Assembly (NCBI GenBank): GCA_965116475.1
Contig: OZ220691.1
Coordinates: 352,001-416,000, forward strand
Direction: 5' to 3'
DNA: 64,000 nt
Origin: Gemmatimonadota bacterium
Lineage (GTDB): Bacteria; Gemmatimonadota; Gemmatimonadetes; Palauibacterales; Palauibacteraceae
The notes beneath the pieces are model-generated. The model made no database searches, was not told the origin of the DNA, and saw nothing but the letters and a program-made list of their open reading frames with translations. Made by a program: the position numbers and the translations under genes. Numbering within the stretch: position 1 is the first letter of the stretch; each line of letters starts with the position of its first letter. Positions 37,797 to 48,114 of the stretch are shown one piece after another.

Positions 37797-39382
37797 GACG
37801 CCGCGGTCCGCTCGCGCTCGACGAGGAACCGCCGGAGAATCTTGCCCGACGCCGACTTCGGGATCTCATCGAGAAACTCCACGGCGCGGACCTTCTTCTG
37901 CGGGGCCACGCGCTCCGCCACGTACCGCATGATCTCCTCGCCGCTCACGTCTCCCGCCCGCACGACGCACGCCTTCGGAATCTCTCCCGCCTCCTCATCC
38001 GCGACCGGAATCACGGCCACGTCGGCCACGTCCGGGTGCGAGAGGAGAAGGTCCTCGAGTTCGGCCGGCGCCACCTGGTAGCCCTTGTACTTGATGAGTT
38101 CCTTGGCCCGGTCGACGATCGTCACATACCCGTCTTCGTCCGCGCGCCCCACGTCGCCCGTATGCAGCCAGCCCTCGGCGTCGACGGTGCTCGCCGTCGC
38201 CTCCGGGTTGTTGAGGTAGCCCTTCATCACCTGCGGGCCGCGCACCCATACCTCCCCTTCCCGGCCGGGTCCCAGCGCTTCTCCGGACTCGATATCGACG
38301 ATCATCATCTCGGTGCTCGGGATCGTCGGCCCGATCGTCCCGATCTTGTCCGCGTCGACGTTGTCCCCGAAACAGACGTGCGTCACGGGACTCGCTTCCG
38401 TGAGGCCGTAGCCCTGAAACACGCGGCACCCGAGCCGCTCCTGGCAGGCGAGGGCGATCTCCTCTCCAAGCGGGGCCGCCCCGGACATGATCCAGTTCAC
38501 CGACGAGAGATCGTAGCCGTCGACCGCGGGGTGCTTGGCGAGGCCGAGCACGATGGGCGGAACGAGGTAGAGGCAGGTGGCCCGATACTCCTGAATCGCG
38601 CCCAGGAACTCCTCGAGATCGAAGCGGGGCATGGTGACGACGGTCGCGCCCGCCTTCAGGGCGCCGCTCATGACGACGACCATCCCGTAGATGTGGAAGA
38701 AGGGGAGGACGGCGAGGACGACATCGTCGGCGTCCACGAGGCCGACGGCGCTGAACTGCTCGATGTTCGCGACGAGGTTCCGGTGCGTGAGCATCACGCC
38801 CTTGGAAACGCCCGTCGTCCCGCTCGAATACGGGAGAGTGAGGAGGTCCTCGGCGGGACTGCTGATGCCCGCGGGTTCCGCATCCGTCCCCGTGCCGCCC
38901 TTCACTCCGTCCGCGATGAGGTCGGCGAAGGCCGTGGCGCCCTCCGCCTCGCCGAAGACGAAGATCTCTTCGATGCCCGTTCGTGCCGCGACGGCTCGCG
39001 CCCTCTCGAGGAGCGGGGGGACGGTGATGAACCAGCGGGCGCCGGAATCGTTCAACTGGGAGACGAGTTCGTCATCCGTGCTGAGCGGGTTCAGCGTCGT
39101 GCTGCAGCCGCCGGCCATGCCGGCCGCGAGGAACGCCGTTGCGTACTCGGGCAGGTTGGGGCTGCAGATCGCGACCACGCCGCCCCGTCTCAGCCCGCGG
39201 GCCGCGAGGCCGCGCGCCGCGGCGCCCGCCTGATCCCGGAGCTGTCCGTAGGTCACCACCCGGCCGCTCGGTCCCTCGATGAACGCGGGTTTGTCCCGGC
39301 GGTCCCCGAGGGAACCCAGGAGATAGTCGGAGAACGACTGCTCCGGAACGACGATCGGGGGGTGTGGGCTCTCGAAAATCAT
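37793..39382 (-). CDS. 4-coumarate-CoA ligase-like acyl-CoA synthetase
   Basis: LPYSSGTTGVSKGVMLTH, QGYGLTE, GWLHTGD, DR.KELIKYKGYQVAPAELE, IPKSASGKILR. Confidence 0.92.
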   Translation of the reverse strand: MIFESPHPPIVVPEQSFSDYLLGSLGDRRDKPAFIEGPSGRVVTYGQLRDQAGAAARGLAARGLRRGGVVAICSPNLPEYATAFLAAGMAGGCSTTLNPLSTDDELVSQLNDSGARWFITVPPLLERARAVAARTGIEEIFVFGEAEGATAFADLIADGVKGGTGTDAEPAGISSPAEDLLTLPYSSGTTGVSKGVMLTHRNLVANIEQFSAVGLVDADDVVLAVLPFFHIYGMVVVMSGALKAGATVVTMPRFDLEEFLGAIQEYRATCLYLVPPIVLGLAKHPAVDGYDLSSVNWIMSGAAPLGEEIALACQERLGCRVFQGYGLTEASPVTHVCFGDNVDADKIGTIGPTIPSTEMMIVDIESGEALGPGREGEVWVRGPQVMKGYLNNPEATASTVDAEGWLHTGDVGRADEDGYVTIVDRAKELIKYKGYQVAPAELEDLLLSHPDVADVAVIPVADEEAGEIPKACVVRAGDVSGEEIMRYVAERVAPQKKVRAVEFLDEIPKSASGKILRRFLVERERTAAS

Positions 39383-39478
39383 CGCGGGAAGATCGGCGTA
39401 TCGGCGGCGGTCCGGCAAGGCGGCGGCGAACCCGCAGACGGCTGCGTTCGCCGCCCCGAGCGGATAGACTCGTGTGCC

Positions 39479-40279
39479 GTGACCATCAACCGAAGGATCC
39501 TGCTGTGCGCCGTGGCCCTCGCCCTGGGGGCGCTCTTCATCCGTTTCGGCTTCTGGCAACTCGACCGACATGGGGAACGGAGCGCCGGGGTGCGCGCGCG
39601 CGCCGAGCGCGCCGACGCCCCGCGGCTCGAGTGGCTCGTCCCCGGCGACGTGCCCCCGGACACGACGGGCCTCATCGGCCGCCGCGCGCGGCTGGCCGGC
39701 CAGTGGGACCGGGCCGGCGAAGTCATCCTCCGGAGTCGCACCCTGGACGGGCGGGCCGGCGCGGAGGTGCTGACCCCGCTCCTGGTCGGCGGCGACGCCG
39801 GGTCGGTCGTGATGGTCCTGCGCGGCTGGCTGCCCGCGCCGGATGGCCTCCGCCCCGATCTCGCGTCCGGGTGGATGGGGTTCCCGGACTCCGCGGACGG
39901 CGCTGCGGACCCCGCGAATGCGACAGACCCGGCCGAGGTTCAGGGGGTCTTCGTGTCCTCGCGGGACGGACGCGGCGGGCAGCCGCTCCAGGCGGAGGTC
40001 GCCGGCGCGCAGCACCTCGCCATCGCGGGGCTCGACCTGGCTCTGATCCGCGAGCAGACCGCGCTCGAGCCCACGCCCCATGTCCTGCGCGCGGACGATC
40101 CTCCCCCGGGCAGCGTCCTCCGCCCCGCCCGGGCGCTCGAGACCGATGCCGGCCCGCACCTGTCTTACGCAATCCAGTGGTTCGCGTTCGCCGTCATCGG
40201 GCTCGGCGGGACCGCGATCCTGCTCCGCTCTTCAGCCGACAGGAAGTCCGACAGAAAGTCCGAAGGGAAGCGATCGTGA
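39479..40279 (+). CDS. SURF1 family protein
   Basis: N-terminal TM with GFWQLDR; VLTPL, V.RGW; C-terminal HLSYAIQWF TM. Confidence 0.88.
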   Translation: MTINRRILLCAVALALGALFIRFGFWQLDRHGERSAGVRARAERADAPRLEWLVPGDVPPDTTGLIGRRARLAGQWDRAGEVILRSRTLDGRAGAEVLTPLLVGGDAGSVVMVLRGWLPAPDGLRPDLASGWMGFPDSADGAADPANATDPAEVQGVFVSSRDGRGGQPLQAEVAGAQHLAIAGLDLALIREQTALEPTPHVLRADDPPPGSVLRPARALETDAGPHLSYAIQWFAFAVIGLGGTAILLRSSADRKSDRKSEGKRS

Positions 40280-40581
40280 GCCATCGAAAGTTCTCCGACC
40301 GCCAGGGGAATCGCTGGGAGGTGCGCGTCGCCTCCCGGTCCGAATGGCGGTTCGAACCGCTACGCGGGAATCCGGGCAGGCCGCACCGCGTCCGCCCCCC
40401 GCTCTACGCCGGGGACGATCCGTTCGAACTCAGCGAGCAGGAACTCCGGTCCATACTCGGCGCCGCGACGCCGGAGGCGGGGACCGGGCGCGGGACTCCG
40501 CGTACTTCGCCCTTCGGGGAGGCCTACGAACCGAGCCGGAAGAAGTCGCCCTTCCTCGACGATCTCGCGAACGATGACTGA
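40276..40581 (+). CDS. Small hypothetical protein
   Basis: GTGA overlap with the SURF1 stop; RKF.D..G..WEV and ELSEQEL..IL pattern. Confidence 0.65.
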   Translation: MSHRKFSDRQGNRWEVRVASRSEWRFEPLRGNPGRPHRVRPPLYAGDDPFELSEQELRSILGAATPEAGTGRGTPRTSPFGEAYEPSRKKSPFLDDLANDD

Positions 40582-40612
40582 ATCAACCGAATCAACCGAT
40601 CAACCGAATCAA
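40580..40612. repeat. About 9-bp tandem repeat (aatcaaccg) x3.5 directly before an RBS
   Basis: gaatcaaccgaatcaaccgatcaaccgaatcaa followed by AGGAGG. Confidence 0.9.
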
Positions 40613-40624
40613 AGGAGGCATGTG

Positions 40625-41389
40625 ATGTCTGAAACGCCGCTCGGCCGCTTCTGCTGGTACGAGCTTCTCACGACCGATCTCGAAGGCGCGCAGGACTTCT
40701 ACCGGCAGGTGGTCGGCTGGGAGACCGGAACATGGCAGGGCGAAGGCCCGCCCTACATCACGTGGAACAACAACGGCACTCCGATCGGCGGCGTGATGCA
40801 GCTGCCGGAGGACGCCCTCGCCGGGGGAGCCCCTCCCCACTGGCTGCCCTACCTGTCGACGCCGGATGTGGACGCGACGGTGGGGCAGGCGGAGCGGCTG
40901 GGAGGTAGCGCGATCCACCGCATGGAGATCCCCGAAGTCGGCCATATCGCGGTCATCAGGGATCCCGGCGGCGCCGTGTTCACGGCCTACCAGCCGTCCG
41001 ACGACACGCCCGGACACGACGGGCCGCCCACTCCGGGAGAGTTCTCCTGGCACGAACTGATCGCCGCAGACATCGACGCGGCGTGGTCCTTCTACTCGGA
41101 TCTGTTCGGGTGGGAGAAGACGACGCAGATGGACATGGGCGAAGCGGGCATCTACCAGATGTACGGGCGCGACGGCAAGGAACTGGGCGGCATGATGAAC
41201 CGGAGCGACGACATGCCCCCGCCGTGCTGGGGGCTCTACATCCTGGTGTCCGACGTGCACGCCTCGGCGGAGCTCGTGAAGGAGCTGGGCGGGTCGGTCG
41301 TCGTGGGGCCGATGGAAGTTCCCGGCGGCGAGTTCATCCTGCAGGGCATCGACCCGCAGGGAGCCGCCTTCGCCCTGCACAGCCGGTAA
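40625..41389 (+). CDS. Two-domain VOC (glyoxalase/bleomycin-resistance) protein
   Basis: F.W.EL...D...A..FY....GW occurs twice; DP.GA.F; AGGAGG RBS. Confidence 0.92.
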   Translation: MSETPLGRFCWYELLTTDLEGAQDFYRQVVGWETGTWQGEGPPYITWNNNGTPIGGVMQLPEDALAGGAPPHWLPYLSTPDVDATVGQAERLGGSAIHRMEIPEVGHIAVIRDPGGAVFTAYQPSDDTPGHDGPPTPGEFSWHELIAADIDAAWSFYSDLFGWEKTTQMDMGEAGIYQMYGRDGKELGGMMNRSDDMPPPCWGLYILVSDVHASAELVKELGGSVVVGPMEVPGGEFILQGIDPQGAAFALHSR

Positions 41390-41416
41390 GCCCGAGAGGG
41401 CCCCGGCCCGGCCGAT

Positions 41417-42034
41417 TCACACGTTCCGGTCGTCGGACAGACCCGGCGGCGTCCCGAGGATCTCGGACAGGATCACGGCCCGCGCGAGCGAGGGATAGCG
41501 CTCAAGACGTTCCAGCGGACCGCCCTGCCGGGCGGAGGCACGCCGACTTGCCTCGATGGGCCCCTGCGGTCCGCGGCGCGGACTCGCCGCCGCGAGCCCT
41601 GACGGCGGTCGCCGCCGGCTTTCGCGCTCCGGAGGAGGCGCCGGCGCCGGTGCGCGGCCCACCGGGCGCGGATCGGGCGCCGGAGCCGGCCGGATGAACG
41701 GGGGAGGCTCGGGGGTCTCCTCCGGGTCCACGTGCCCGACCATGCTGCCCGGCCGGCCCTCCTCCGCGGCCTGCTGCATCTGCTGCTCGAGCTGGCGGCC
41801 CATATCGCGCAACTGTTCGCGCAACGTCGGGCGCCGCTCCGGCGCCGCCTCGCCTCCGGCGGGCTCGGCGGCCTGAACGCCCGACGGCTCGGCTTCGAAC
41901 TCCGGGACCGCCCCCTCCTGCTCGAGCGCCTGTTCCTGCCGCTGGCGATTCTTCTTCATCGCGGCGCCGATGCTGCGCACCCAGAGGAAGATCATCAGCA
42001 GGATGAGGGGCAGCGCCCCTTCGAGATCGGGCAT
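41417..42034 (-). CDS. Hypothetical membrane-anchored protein downstream of floA (YqfB-like position)
   Basis: N-terminal TM, Pro-rich middle, C-terminal RAVILSEILG.P. Confidence 0.7.
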   Translation of the reverse strand: MPDLEGALPLILLMIFLWVRSIGAAMKKNRQRQEQALEQEGAVPEFEAEPSGVQAAEPAGGEAAPERRPTLREQLRDMGRQLEQQMQQAAEEGRPGSMVGHVDPEETPEPPPFIRPAPAPDPRPVGRAPAPAPPPERESRRRPPSGLAAASPRRGPQGPIEASRRASARQGGPLERLERYPSLARAVILSEILGTPPGLSDDRNV

Positions 42035-43026
42035 CAGTCGTTCTTGTCGCTCTCCGGCGGCTTCGCGATCGACCTGCGCATCTGCGTATCGCTCTGGATG
42101 TTACGGTACTTCATGTAATCCATTATACCGAGGTTGCCCTCACGGAACGCTTCGGCCATCGCGAGGGGCACTTCCGCCTCCGCCTTCACGACCTCGGCCT
42201 GCATCTGCTCGACGAGCGCCCGGTTCTCCTGCTCCGACGCGACCGCCATCGCCCGGCGCTCCTCGGCCTTCGCCTGTGCGATCCGCTTGTCCGCTTCCGC
42301 CTGGTCCGTCTGCAGCTCCGCGCCGATGTTCTTCCCCACGTCGACATCGGCGATGTCGATGGAGAGGATCTCGAACGCGGTCCCGGAGTCGAGCCCCTTG
42401 GCGAGCACGGTCTTCGAAATGTTGTCCGGGTTCTCGAGCACGGCCTTGTGAGACGACGCCGACCCGATCGTCGACACGATGCCTTCGCCGACGCGCGCCA
42501 GGATCGTCTCCTCCCCCGCCCCACCCACGAGCCGGTTGATATTGGCACGCACCGTTACGCGCGCCGTCGCGATGAGCTGGATCCCGTCCTTGGCCATCGC
42601 GGCGACCTTCGGCGTCTGAATCACCCGCGGGTTGACGGAGACCTGCACCGCGTCGAGCACGTCCCGTCCCGCAAGGTCGATCGCCGCCGCCTGCCGGAAC
42701 GGCAGTTCGATCTGCGCCTTGTCCGCCGAGATGAGCGCGTTCACCACCCGCTCGACGTCGCCCCCGGCGAGGAAATGCGACTCCAGTTCGTTCGTGTGGA
42801 GCGGAAGCCCCGCCTTGTAGGAGCTGATGAGCGGATAAACGATCCGCGGCGGCGGGATCTTCCTCAGGCGCATCCCGACCAGGCTGCCGAGGCCCACGCG
42901 GACTCCGGACGCGAGCGCCGTGACCCAGAGCCGGATCGGCACGATCCACGACAGAATGAGCAGGCCGAGGGCTGCGACCATGAGGAGGATGATGCTGCTT
43001 CCCGCGAATCCATCGAGTCCTTGCAT
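42034..43026 (-). CDS. floA: Flotillin-like protein FloA
   Basis: [56 protein letters not shown]. Confidence 0.95.
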   Translation of the reverse strand: MQGLDGFAGSSIILLMVAALGLLILSWIVPIRLWVTALASGVRVGLGSLVGMRLRKIPPPRIVYPLISSYKAGLPLHTNELESHFLAGGDVERVVNALISADKAQIELPFRQAAAIDLAGRDVLDAVQVSVNPRVIQTPKVAAMAKDGIQLIATARVTVRANINRLVGGAGEETILARVGEGIVSTIGSASSHKAVLENPDNISKTVLAKGLDSGTAFEILSIDIADVDVGKNIGAELQTDQAEADKRIAQAKAEERRAMAVASEQENRALVEQMQAEVVKAEAEVPLAMAEAFREGNLGIMDYMKYRNIQSDTQMRRSIAKPPESDKND

Positions 43027-43027
43027 A

Positions 43028-44491
43028 TCAGACCTCGTTCCCGTCTTCGGATGTCTGGGGCCTCTTGGCGCGGCGCACGAGTACCCGTCCGCTCGCGACC
43101 TCGAGGACACGTATCGGGGTCCCGGCCTCGAGCCAGGGACCCTCGGTTACGACATGGATGCGTTCATCATTGATGATCGCGACCCCCGTGGGCCGCAGGT
43201 CCGTCGATGTGACGCCGAGTTCGCCGACCAGATCGTCGCGCTCGGGCGCGGAAAGATAGCCCGTCTCGCGGCTTGTCGAGTCGCGGAGGAAGAGACCGGA
43301 GAAACGTCGACTGCGCGGAAGGTGTCGCACAAGCGCCCACGTCGCGACCCCCACGAGGAGGATCGAAAGCGAGACCAGGCCGGCCGCGTTGAACACCTGG
43401 TCGAAGGTCGGCACCTGGCCGACCATGCCCATGACGGCCGCCCCGAGCACCGCGACCGTCCCGAGGATCCCGGCGACCCCGAAGCCGGGGATCACGAAGA
43501 CCTCGAGCGCGATCAGCACGACGCCCGCCCCGAAGAGCAGGATCTCCTCGATACCCGCGAGATGTACCAGGTGGTGCGCGCCGAAGAACGCGGCCAGCGA
43601 CGCGAGCCCCACCGCTCCCGCCACGCCGAAGCTCGGCGTTCGCACCTCCACGATGAGTCCGAGGAATCCCAGGCTCAGGAGGAGAGGCGCGACCGCCGGG
43701 TTCGTCAGGAAGCGGACGATGGCCTCCGCCCAGTTCGGACGGATCTCCCGCACCGGAGCCGCCGGGAGCCGCGTGACCTCCAGGAGTTCGATGAGATCCC
43801 GGACCTCGGCGTCCGCGACGCCGATCGCCGTGGCCTCGTCGGTCGTGAGCGTGAGCAGCCTGCCGGCTTCGATCACGCCGGGGACCTCGATGCTCTCGTC
43901 CACCATCGCCTCCGCGACCAGCGGATCGAGCCCCCGCTCCTCGGCCAGCGCCCGGAACTCCGAGCGCATGGCGCTCACCATCTTCTCCGGCGCCCTCTCG
44001 CCCTCGCCGGTGACCGGCGTGGCCGCGCCGATCGTCGAGCCCGGCCGCATGTAGATCCGGTCCGTCGCGAGCGCGATCATCGCGCCCGCCGAGAGGGCGC
44101 GGCGGTTCACGTAGGCGTAGGTCGGGACCTCGGCGTCGCGCAGGTCGTCGATGATCTTCCACGCCGCGTCGACCCGCCCCCCCGGCGTGTCGAGTTCGAT
44201 GATCACCGCGGGCGCTCCCGATTCGGCGGCTTCCGAGAGCGCGCGAGCCACGAACGGGGCCACGCCGAGTTCGATCGTGCCGGAGATCGGCACCCGGACG
44301 ACGGTGGCCGCGGACTGCGCGGACGGCGCGGACGGCACGACCGGCGTGGATCGCGCGAAGGCAGCGCCGAGTCCCGGCGGCACGGGTCCGCCCGACGCGG
44401 AGGCCGCCACCACCGCCAGCCCGAGGGCGAGCACCGGCGCCGGCAGCCCCGTCATGGGTGATTTCATCGTTCGTCTCGTCGTGTGTCGCAT
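43028..44491 (-). CDS. nfeD: NfeD family membrane-bound serine protease (YqeZ-like)
   Basis: DTPGG.VDAA, A.SAGA.IALA, TM region, C-terminal TDLRP.G OB domain; start uncertain. Confidence 0.9.
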   Translation of the reverse strand: MRHTTRRTMKSPMTGLPAPVLALGLAVVAASASGGPVPPGLGAAFARSTPVVPSAPSAQSAATVVRVPISGTIELGVAPFVARALSEAAESGAPAVIIELDTPGGRVDAAWKIIDDLRDAEVPTYAYVNRRALSAGAMIALATDRIYMRPGSTIGAATPVTGEGERAPEKMVSAMRSEFRALAEERGLDPLVAEAMVDESIEVPGVIEAGRLLTLTTDEATAIGVADAEVRDLIELLEVTRLPAAPVREIRPNWAEAIVRFLTNPAVAPLLLSLGFLGLIVEVRTPSFGVAGAVGLASLAAFFGAHHLVHLAGIEEILLFGAGVVLIALEVFVIPGFGVAGILGTVAVLGAAVMGMVGQVPTFDQVFNAAGLVSLSILLVGVATWALVRHLPRSRRFSGLFLRDSTSRETGYLSAPERDDLVGELGVTSTDLRPTGVAIINDERIHVVTEGPWLEAGTPIRVLEVASGRVLVRRAKRPQTSEDGNEV

Positions 44492-44549
44492 GGCCGCAAT
44501 CTATCGGTGCCCTGGGTCGGCCGCCCGCCGGCCGCGCGTCGGGAGCCCG

Positions 44550-47500
44550 TCAGCCGCCCGGCCGGTCCGGGAGCGGGATCGGCTCGCCCGCCGCCGGCCG
44601 CACGCCCTCCGCGTAAAGCTGGGCGTTAAGCGCCGGCACGCGCGTCTCGATGAGCACGTTGAGCCGGTCCAGCAACTCCGGCATCACGTTCCACACCTCG
44701 TCGACCTGCCACAGGTGATCCGCGGTGGGAACCGTCGACGAACCCTGGATGGCGTTCGCGACGCCGGCGTTCCGGCGCGCATCCCCCAACTCGTCGCGGA
44801 TCTCCTCGATCTCCTCCTCGATCGCCTCCAACTCCTCCTCCAACCCTTCCGGCGCCTCGTCGGCGCCCTCGATGAGGTCCTCGGCGGCCGACAACTGCTC
44901 CTCGAGCGCGTCGAGGGCCTGGCCGGCCTCATAGATCGGGCCCGCCATGGCGTGGAGGCTCATGAGCGCCTCCTGCCGCGCCATCCGGTCCGCGCGGCTC
45001 ATCGGCCGGCGCGGCTCCGCGACGACCTCGACCGTGGCGGAAAACGTCTCGCCACCCGCCTCCATGCTCACCGTGTACGAGCCCGGCAGGACGATCGGTC
45101 CCTGCGGCGCGCCGCCGAAGAAGAAGCCGCCTCCGCCGCCACCGCCCGGACCGCCGCCCTCACGCTCGTACGGCGCGTCGTGACGCCAGTCCCAGATCAC
45201 CTCGTTGACGCCGACCTCCGCGGGCGCCTCCAGCGTACGTACGTGTACCCCCGAGGCGTCGCTGATCTTCAATGAGAAGGCGTCCGGGCCGCCCTCCCCG
45301 TCGTCACCTGCGTCCCCATCCTCCGAACCATCGGCGTCCTCGTCCCCTTCCCCGTCATCCCTGTCGCCGTCGTCATCGTCGCCCTCGGCGTCCTCTCCTT
45401 CGTCGTCGTCGGCGGTCATGTCCCCGGCCGGGGCGTCGCGCAGGTAGTAGCGGATCCGGGCCCCGCGCGGCGGGTTCGGCGCGCTGTACGTGGCGCCGTA
45501 GAAGGGCCAGTCCCCGCGCTCCGTCCACATGATCGACCGGTCTCCGAACACGCGTCCCGCTTCGGCCAGCATCCCCTCGGAAAGGGCTTCGAGCGGCGCC
45601 ACGTCGGCCAGGATCCAGGCGCTGCGCCCGTGCGTGCCGACGATGAGGTCGTTCTCGCGCGGGTGCACCAGGATGTCGTCCACCGGCACCGTGGGCAGGT
45701 TGTTCTTGAGCTGGACCCAGCTCTCGCCGCGGTCCACGGAGACGAACACGCCGACCTCGTTCCCGATAAAGAGGAGGTTCGGCGCGCGGTGGTGCTCGAC
45801 GATCACGTTCACCGACCACAGGTCCGGCAGCCCGTCCGCGATCGCCCGCCAACTCTGACCGTAGTCCTCGCTCACGTAGGCGTAGGGCGCGTAGTCGCCG
45901 TTGCGGTGCCCGTCGAAGGTGGCGTACACGCGCCCATCCACGTGGTGCGACGGCTCCACCCGGCTGACATAGGTCCGCTCCGGGAGGCCGGGGATGCGGT
46001 CGACGACGTTTTCCCACGTCGCCCCGTCGTCGCGCGACACCTGCAGGTTCCCGTCATCCGTCCCCGCGTAGATCAGCCCCCGCACGAGCGGCGACTCCTC
46101 CACCGAGGTCAGGTTTCCGTACGTCGAGATCCCGTCGTTGAGCGACATCTGCGGCTCGGAGCCGGGGACGCCCATGATTTGCAGCTCCTCGCGGTCGATC
46201 TGCTTCGTGAGGTCGAGCCCCCCGACCTCCTCCCACGACATCCCGTAGTCCCGCGAGCGCAGCAGGTAGTTCGCGCCCAGGTAGACGGTGGCCGGATCGT
46301 GCGGCGAGAGCAGGAGCGGCGAGTTCCAGTTGTAGCGGTAGGCCTTCGTCGTGTCCCCGTCCGCCCGCGGCCCGACGATGGGGCGCATCGGGATCTTCTC
46401 CCCCGTCGTCAGATCGTAGCGGTTCATGTTCCCGCCCTGCGACTCGGAGTAGACGATCGTCGAGTCCGTCGGGTCCACGATCGTGAAGAAGCCGTCGCCG
46501 TACGCCGTCTCGTACCAGTCCTGGTGCCGGATGCCGTGGAAGGAGCGCGTGTCCGAGGGTCCGCACCATGCGTCGTTGTCCTGCAGCCCGCCGCACACGG
46601 CGTAGGGGGTCCGCATGTCGTACCCGATGGTGTAGAACTGGCCGAGCGGGATGTTGTCGAACATGCGCCAGTGCGCGGCTCCATCCCACGAGGCCGCGAC
46701 CCCGCCGTCGCTGCCCAGGATCAGGTGGTCCGGGTCCTCCGGGTTGATCCACAGCTGGTGGTGGTCGACGTGGATCTGCACGGCGCCGTCGTTGCGGAAC
46801 GTCCGTCCGCCGTCATCCGAAATCGAGAGCTGCGTGCCGAGCACGTAGATGCGGTCGGGGTTGCCCGGGTCGATGCGGACCTGGGAGTAGTACATCGGCC
46901 GCGGGTTGGTGTCCGACACCTTCTCCCACGTCTCGCCGCGGTCCGTCGACCGGAAGAGCCCTCCCTGGCGCGGGCCGCCTCCTCCGCCCCCGAAACCCTG
47001 GCCGGGCCGCCGCGGATCCGCCTCGACGAGCGCGTAGACGAGGTTGCCGTCCTGCCGGTAGATGTCGATCCCGATGCGGCCCTTGTCGCCCTCCGGCAGC
47101 CCCTCGGTCAGTTCCGTCCAGTTGTCGCCGCCGTCGACCGTCCGGTAGAGGCCGCTCCCGGGGCCGCCCCCGTTGAACCCCCAGCCCGTCCGCTGCCGCT
47201 GGTACATGGCCGCGAAGATCGTGTTCGGGTCGGCGGGATCCATGGCCAGGTCGATGGCCCCCGTGTGGTCGTCGACGTACAGCACCTTCTCCCACGACTC
47301 CCCGCCATCGGTCGTGCGGAAGACGCCGCGCTCGGGGTTGGAACCCCAGAGATCCCCCATCGCGGCCACATGGACGATGTCGGGGTTGCGCGGATGGATG
47401 AGGATGCGGGCGACATGCTTCGTCGCCTCGAGCCCCATGTGCATCCACGTGTTCCCGCCGTCCGTCGACTTGTAGACGCCGTTTCCCCACGGGGAGGACT

Positions 47501-47858
47501 GGCGGTTCTGCGGCTCGCCCGTCCCCACCCACACGAGGTTCGGGTTCGCCTGGTGGAGCGTCACGTCCCCGATCGAACTCGTCGGCTGGTCGTCGAAGAG
47601 CGGGGTCCACGAGGTGCCGTGGTTCTCCGTCTTCCACAGGCCTCCGCTCGCGGTGCCGAGGTAGAAGATCTGCGGTTTGGCTTCGACGACATCGAGGTCG
47701 GCGATGCGGCCCCCCATGAGGGCCGGGCCGATCTCACGGTATTCCAGGTGGGAGATGGCCGTCTCGAGCGCGGACTGGGCGACGGCGGCCGGTGCGCCGG
47801 TCGTGGCGCCGAAGAGGAGACCGGCCGCGGAGAGCGCAAGGACTCGGGCTGCTTTCAT
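44550..47858 (-). CDS. VPS10/BNR-repeat (sortilin-like) glycosyl hydrolase-type protein
   Basis: REIGPA.MGGRI, many S.DGG.TW Asp-boxes, GGLQDN, THGRS.W; signal peptide; acidic linker. Confidence 0.88.
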   Translation of the reverse strand: MKAARVLALSAAGLLFGATTGAPAAVAQSALETAISHLEYREIGPALMGGRIADLDVVEAKPQIFYLGTASGGLWKTENHGTSWTPLFDDQPTSSIGDVTLHQANPNLVWVGTGEPQNRQSSPWGNGVYKSTDGGNTWMHMGLEATKHVARILIHPRNPDIVHVAAMGDLWGSNPERGVFRTTDGGESWEKVLYVDDHTGAIDLAMDPADPNTIFAAMYQRQRTGWGFNGGGPGSGLYRTVDGGDNWTELTEGLPEGDKGRIGIDIYRQDGNLVYALVEADPRRPGQGFGGGGGGPRQGGLFRSTDRGETWEKVSDTNPRPMYYSQVRIDPGNPDRIYVLGTQLSISDDGGRTFRNDGAVQIHVDHHQLWINPEDPDHLILGSDGGVAASWDGAAHWRMFDNIPLGQFYTIGYDMRTPYAVCGGLQDNDAWCGPSDTRSFHGIRHQDWYETAYGDGFFTIVDPTDSTIVYSESQGGNMNRYDLTTGEKIPMRPIVGPRADGDTTKAYRYNWNSPLLLSPHDPATVYLGANYLLRSRDYGMSWEEVGGLDLTKQIDREELQIMGVPGSEPQMSLNDGISTYGNLTSVEESPLVRGLIYAGTDDGNLQVSRDDGATWENVVDRIPGLPERTYVSRVEPSHHVDGRVYATFDGHRNGDYAPYAYVSEDYGQSWRAIADGLPDLWSVNVIVEHHRAPNLLFIGNEVGVFVSVDRGESWVQLKNNLPTVPVDDILVHPRENDLIVGTHGRSAWILADVAPLEALSEGMLAEAGRVFGDRSIMWTERGDWPFYGATYSAPNPPRGARIRYYLRDAPAGDMTADDDEGEDAEGDDDDGDRDDGEGDEDADGSEDGDAGDDGEGGPDAFSLKISDASGVHVRTLEAPAEVGVNEVIWDWRHDAPYEREGGGPGGGGGGGFFFGGAPQGPIVLPGSYTVSMEAGGETFSATVEVVAEPRRPMSRADRMARQEALMSLHAMAGPIYEAGQALDALEEQLSAAEDLIEGADEAPEGLEEELEAIEEEIEEIRDELGDARRNAGVANAIQGSSTVPTADHLWQVDEVWNVMPELLDRLNVLIETRVPALNAQLYAEGVRPAAGEPIPLPDRPGG

Positions 47859-47982
47859 GGTACTGCCTCGGAAACGGGGAGATGACGGGGCTTCCGCCCG
47901 CAAACTGCACCGCAGAGATGCCCGCGCAATACGCCGCTGGCCCGCCCTCGGAGCGACGTGCGTCCACCGGCGTGCCCGCGCG

Positions 47983-48071
47983 CCGTTCTCGTTGCTCGCT
48001 GGCGGGGATACCGTCCAGATTGGCTGGACGGTCGGCGATGGTCGTGCACTCGGGCATGAAAGCGAGAACGG
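47983..48071 (+). other. Candidate structured leader RNA (three-way junction)
   Basis: ccgttctcgtt/agcgagaacgg outer stem enclosing accgtccag/ctggacggt and tcgtgc/gcatga hairpins. Confidence 0.45.
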
Positions 48072-48103
48072 AATGCGTGACGGCATGCGTGACGGAATGC
48101 ATG
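48068..48103. repeat. 12-bp tandem repeat x3 directly before an RBS
   Basis: acggaatgcgtg acggcatgcgtg acggaatgcatg, then AAGGAG. Confidence 0.9.
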
Positions 48104-48114
48104 AAGGAGACAGA

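Noticed and set aside
48034-48090. GGCGATGG resembling the start of a fluoride riboswitch
   Set aside because: The complementary TCGCC and the downstream conserved elements are missing, and the gene context does not fit.
40580-48103. Short repeats as possible CRISPR arrays or iterons
   Set aside because: The units are 9-12 bp, directly adjacent without spacers, and there are no cas or rep genes.
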